Of a stretch of DNA of 64,000 bases, positions 60,176 to 64,000 are shown in pieces. The stretch comes from Pirellulales bacterium (GTDB lineage Bacteria > Planctomycetota > Planctomycetia > Pirellulales > PALSA-1355), in NCBI GenBank assembly GCA_963733035.1, contig CAVTBU010000005.1, positions 2,176,001 to 2,240,000 of the forward strand, in the 5' to 3' direction. The first letter of the stretch is position 1. The number at the start of each line of letters is the position of its first letter. The position numbers and the translations under genes were made by a program. Below the pieces are notes generated by a model. The model was not told the origin of the DNA, searched no databases, and saw only the letters and a program-made list of their open reading frames with translations.

Positions 60176-61471
60176 ATGCGTTGGTTGGCAACATTGACCT
60201 TGCTGCTGCTATGTACCGCACGAGCCGATGGCGATGCCATGGAGCGTCTGCGGCCGGAAAAGCTGCGGGCTACGCACGAGAAGATCGAAGCCCTCAGGAA
60301 CCAGCGCCGCGAAGTAAGCTTGTCAAGCGGCTACGACGACATAAGGGCGCTGTTGCATGTCCACTCGGCCTTCTCACACGACAGCCGCGGAACCATCGAG
60401 GAGATTGTGGAGGCAGCCAAGCAGACCGGCGTCCGCGTGATCCTGTTTAGCGAACATCCTGCGGGCCACTACGACTACGTCAACGATGGGCATCGCGGCA
60501 TGAACGACGGCGTGCTGTTGATCCCCGGTGCCGAAACCGGCGGCTTTCTGGCCTATCCGAAAACCAGCATCCAAGACCAGAAAACCGATTCACCCCAGGC
60601 ACTGGCCGACCTGGTCGGTTCGACGGGCGGCCAAATCTTCTTGTGCCATCTCGAAGAGCGGATGGATTGGGAGATCGACGGAATGACCGGCAGCGAGATA
60701 TACAACACGCATGCCGACTTCAAAGACGAGCCAAAATTCCTGGCAGCACTCCGCTCGCCGCTCACGATGCTGACGTTGATGGGGGCGGTCAAACAGTATC
60801 CGCAGGAAGTGTTCGGGGCGCTGCTGGACTATCCGGCCGACTACCTGGCCCGTTACGACCAGCTCTGCCAGCAGTCGCCCCTGACCGGCGTTTCGGCAAA
60901 CGACGCCCATCACAATCAGGCCTACCGTGCTACGGTGATCGAAGGTGGCAAGGTGCAGCTCGAGGACGCCCTGGGAGTCAAGCTAGCCGTGCTCGACCCG
61001 GAGAAAATCACGCCGCTGAAACTGCTCGTAAACGGTCGCAAGCCCGGCGACGTGATCCTGGACCTCGATCTGGACCCGTATGCCCGTAGCTTCCACCATG
61101 TCAGCACGCATTTGCTGTTGGCATCGGTTGACGAAGAAAGTGTCCGGCAAGCGCTCGAGGCGGGCCGCGCCTACGTGGCATTCGACTGGCTAGCCGACCC
61201 AACCGGTTTTGTCTATCGCGCCGACGCCGGCGAGAAAAACTGGCCGATCGGTAGCGAAGTATCACTGCAGGACAAGCTACAACTGCGCGCCGAAGCGCCG
61301 CTCGAAGGACGCTTCAAGTTGATCCGCAACGGCGAAGTCGTTATGGACCAGCGCGGGGCGGGGCTCAACTATGTGGTAAAGGAACCGGGCATCTATCGCG
61401 TCGAGGTCTGGCTCCCGATCGCCGGAGAAGACCGGCCCTGGATTTTGACCAATCCGATTTACGTGCGCTAG
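60176..61471 (+). CDS. Secreted PHP-domain metallophosphoesterase-like protein
   Basis: Signal peptide, HVHS..SHD, SEH, CHLEE, NDAH; AGGAG SD. Confidence 0.8.
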   Translation: MRWLATLTLLLLCTARADGDAMERLRPEKLRATHEKIEALRNQRREVSLSSGYDDIRALLHVHSAFSHDSRGTIEEIVEAAKQTGVRVILFSEHPAGHYDYVNDGHRGMNDGVLLIPGAETGGFLAYPKTSIQDQKTDSPQALADLVGSTGGQIFLCHLEERMDWEIDGMTGSEIYNTHADFKDEPKFLAALRSPLTMLTLMGAVKQYPQEVFGALLDYPADYLARYDQLCQQSPLTGVSANDAHHNQAYRATVIEGGKVQLEDALGVKLAVLDPEKITPLKLLVNGRKPGDVILDLDLDPYARSFHHVSTHLLLASVDEESVRQALEAGRAYVAFDWLADPTGFVYRADAGEKNWPIGSEVSLQDKLQLRAEAPLEGRFKLIRNGEVVMDQRGAGLNYVVKEPGIYRVEVWLPIAGEDRPWILTNPIYVR

Positions 61472-61597
61472 CGTCCACGCGGCCGGCGCGAAATTCTTGG
61501 AGGGGCCGCCACCGTCACCTTGTGACCCTGCGGCGGCTGGAAGACATGGAGGGGCACAAACAATCCAACGGCCACGGTTGCGACATGACGGCGATTG

Positions 61598-62866
61598 CTA
61601 AACTCGCTTCAAAAGCTTGCTAATCAAGTGCCCGTCGGCCAGCTTCAACGGTCGGCCCGCTGGAGTAATGAGTTCCTTGGCCGGATCGATGCCCAGCGCA
61701 GTCAACAGCGTGGCGTGTACGTCGCCGATTTGGCGCGGTTCCTCGACGTTCCGTCCTCCCTCCGGGTCGGTTGCGCCAACCACCGTTCCGCCGCGAATTG
61801 CACCGCCGGCCAACGCCATACTGAAACCACTGGGCCAATGATCGCGGCCTCCGAGGCGGTTGACCGTCGGTGTGCGACCAAACTCGCCGCCGCACAGCAC
61901 AAGCGTTTGCTCCCACAGTCCGCGCTGCTTGAGGTCGGTAATCAATGTCGCGAAAGCGGGGTCTAAAATCCCGGTCTGCCGCGCTTGAATCTCGTGATTG
62001 TTCGCGTGGCTGTCCCAACCCGATAGCGTTACCTCGACGCACCGCACGCCGACTTCGACCAATCGCCTCGCCGCCAGGCAACCACGACCGAACGGAGTGT
62101 CGCCGTACGCGGCGATCAATTCGGCCGGTTCTCGATGCACGTCGAACGCCTGCAGTTGTTCGCTTGTCATCATCCGCCGCGCTTCCTGCACCTGGTGGCG
62201 ATGCAGCGTGCCTTCGACGGCCACCCGGCGTCCCCGGGCAAATCCCTCCTCCAATACGTTCAAATCCGTGAGCCGTTGCTGGTAGCGGGGCAGCGAGACT
62301 CGCGCCGCAACGTCGGCGATCTTCTCGGCCGGATCGCCAACCTGGAAGGCGTCGAACTCATCGCCCAGATATCCGCCCCGGGCCGGCCATTGGCTCGGCA
62401 GAATCGAAATATGTCGCGGAATGTCGGTGCCCGCGGCGGGCAATTCGTGACAACAAATCGCGCCAATTGCCGGATGCACGGCCGTTGGATCGGGTCGGTA
62501 GCCAGTCTTCACCAGGTACGTACCCCGCTCATGATCTCCCTCTTTGCTCACCAGCGAACGTACCAGAGCAACTGAATCCATCTGCTCGGCCAACCGCGGC
62601 AAGCCGGCGGCGAGTTGCACGCCTCGCACCGCCGTCGCGACAGCCCGCGTATCGCCGGAAATGCATTTTCCCGGGTGCGGGTCGAACGTCTCCAACTGGC
62701 TCGGCCCGCCGGCCATCCAGAGAACGATGAGCGATTGTGCCTGCGGCTTTTGATGCAAACGCTGCTGGCCCTCGGCGCGGCGCGAAAGCAGTGTCGCTAT
62801 CGACGTCAGCAGTCCAGCCGTCCCCAACTTCAATATCGTGCGGCGGCTTACGTCGGAAACCGCCAA
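61598..62866 (-). CDS. DUF1501 protein with Tat signal
   Basis: SRRTILK, WMAGGPSQLETFDP, GWDSH, GEFGRTP, RDHW; start uncertain. Confidence 0.92.
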   Translation of the reverse strand: MAVSDVSRRTILKLGTAGLLTSIATLLSRRAEGQQRLHQKPQAQSLIVLWMAGGPSQLETFDPHPGKCISGDTRAVATAVRGVQLAAGLPRLAEQMDSVALVRSLVSKEGDHERGTYLVKTGYRPDPTAVHPAIGAICCHELPAAGTDIPRHISILPSQWPARGGYLGDEFDAFQVGDPAEKIADVAARVSLPRYQQRLTDLNVLEEGFARGRRVAVEGTLHRHQVQEARRMMTSEQLQAFDVHREPAELIAAYGDTPFGRGCLAARRLVEVGVRCVEVTLSGWDSHANNHEIQARQTGILDPAFATLITDLKQRGLWEQTLVLCGGEFGRTPTVNRLGGRDHWPSGFSMALAGGAIRGGTVVGATDPEGGRNVEEPRQIGDVHATLLTALGIDPAKELITPAGRPLKLADGHLISKLLKRV

Positions 62867-62951
62867 GCCGCCAGTGGCTAAGTGCTCGGGTGGAATCAAC
62901 CGCAGCAGTTGCCCTTTCTCGCCTTTCATTCTTCCGACCTCTGCCTTCGTC

Positions 62952-64000
62952 TCAATGGTTCCATGAGAACTCCGTGCTATTGAGTAGAGTCCATACCAGG
63001 TCGCCAACAAGCTCTTTTCGCCTGCGGCCGGTCGTGCCGTTTACGCGTTCGGAAAAGTAGCGTGCCTCGTCCGGATTTGGACGGCGAGTTAGCGTCGTCA
63101 GCAGAGCGGTTTCGATGGCCATCTCGTCGTTGGGTGCAAAGGCCGCGAGCTGGCTCGCCGCCGCGCTCAGCAGATTATCTTTCGTCTTTTCGTGCACGAT
63201 CTTGCCATTCATCAGCAGCAGTCGCTGGCGCGTCGTGCCGCCGCGAACGTCAAACTCATTGGCGCCGGCGTCTCCGTACCGTTCGATAAATTCGCGCTGC
63301 CCAATCGCTCGGCCCGCGCGAATCAGGATGTTCGATTCATAATCAATCGTCGCCAGCGACGCCGACTGCAACAGGGCGCCCACGACTTGCTCCGGCCGCA
63401 AACGCGTCAGCGGAAATACGGCCCAGTTTTGTTCGAACCGCTCGAATTCGTGGTCGCTCACGTCGCTCGTCAGGCGGCTATCGAGCCGGAATACGCGCGT
63501 GTTGGCAATCACTTCAATCAACCGCCGCCAATCGTGCCCATGGGCGGTGAAATCGTCGCTGAGGATTTCGAGTGCCTCGGGGAGCGGTCCGTCGAGGGGC
63601 AAGTCGTCGATCGGTTCGACCAACGGCCGACCAAACAACAAGGCCCAGGCCCGGTTCACGGCCAACCGAGCAAAGGCGCGATTGCCGTCGCTAGTCACCC
63701 AAGCGGCCAAGCGCTCGCGTTGATTGCCGCTGGTGGGCAAGCACTCCCTCGCAAACGGCACGGCCGGAGCCACCGTCGATGTCTCGCCAGTCTGGCGATT
63801 CTCCACGGTGAACTGCCCCGGATAGTCGCGGATGCCGCGCAGGCTTTGTCGCGTGCCTCCGAAAAATGCGGCCAACCCTTGAAAATCGCCTTGCTTCCAA
63901 TCGGCAAACGGATGGTCGTGGCATTCGGCGCAATCGAGCCGCACTCCGAGCAAGCCGCGCGCTACTCTCGCCGCCAAACGGCTGGGGTCGGGCTTGTTCT
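62952..64000 (-). CDS. DUF1549/DUF1553 protein, 5' end beyond the window
   Basis: CAECHDHP, VNRAW, LLLMNG, WTLLNSTEF. Confidence 0.9.
   Translation of the reverse strand, partial: NKPDPSRLAARVARGLLGVRLDCAECHDHPFADWKQGDFQGLAAFFGGTRQSLRGIRDYPGQFTVENRQTGETSTVAPAVPFARECLPTSGNQRERLAAWVTSDGNRAFARLAVNRAWALLFGRPLVEPIDDLPLDGPLPEALEILSDDFTAHGHDWRRLIEVIANTRVFRLDSRLTSDVSDHEFERFEQNWAVFPLTRLRPEQVVGALLQSASLATIDYESNILIRAGRAIGQREFIERYGDAGANEFDVRGGTTRQRLLLMNGKIVHEKTKDNLLSAAASQLAAFAPNDEMAIETALLTTLTRRPNPDEARYFSERVNGTTGRRRKELVGDLVWTLLNSTEFSWNH

Noticed and set aside
62867..62951. Purine-rich spacer (minus strand) between the DUF1553 and DUF1501 genes
   Set aside because: Degenerate GAAGG-type filler with no defined repeat unit; the upstream ORF extension is probably not real.

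Overview
GC-rich bacterial chromosome segment, almost certainly from a planctomycete (probably Pirellulales). The evidence is two DUF1549/DUF1553 + DUF1501 pairs, a PVC-type heme-binding CxxCH/HEAT protein, a HYExAFE protein, a DUF1559-type anti-sigma factor and a DUF1080 protein. Most genes are housekeeping or planctomycete-typical: prfB (programmed +1 frameshift), hisS, argS, rsfS, bcp, dgt, sufS/sufU, a liv ABC operon and solA. One complete IS3-family element lies at 34003-35387 with a 4-bp target duplication. I saw no rRNA, tRNA or CRISPR array. About seven genes carry 1-2 nt frameshifts that look like sequencing errors. Best leads: (1) an aquaporin with a TIP/AQP8-like filter coupled to a Tyr-type (MauG-like) diheme peroxidase, followed by SufU/SufS, behind a perfect Fur/PerR-like palindrome; (2) a LivG ATPase with a ~190-aa insert carrying two transmembrane helices; (3) a sigma54-driven short terminated RNA or attenuator at ~2051-2146; (4) a structured, apparently non-coding element at 33370-33971 resembling IS110-type ends without a recombinase. 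All calls come from reading motifs by eye; no database searches were run.
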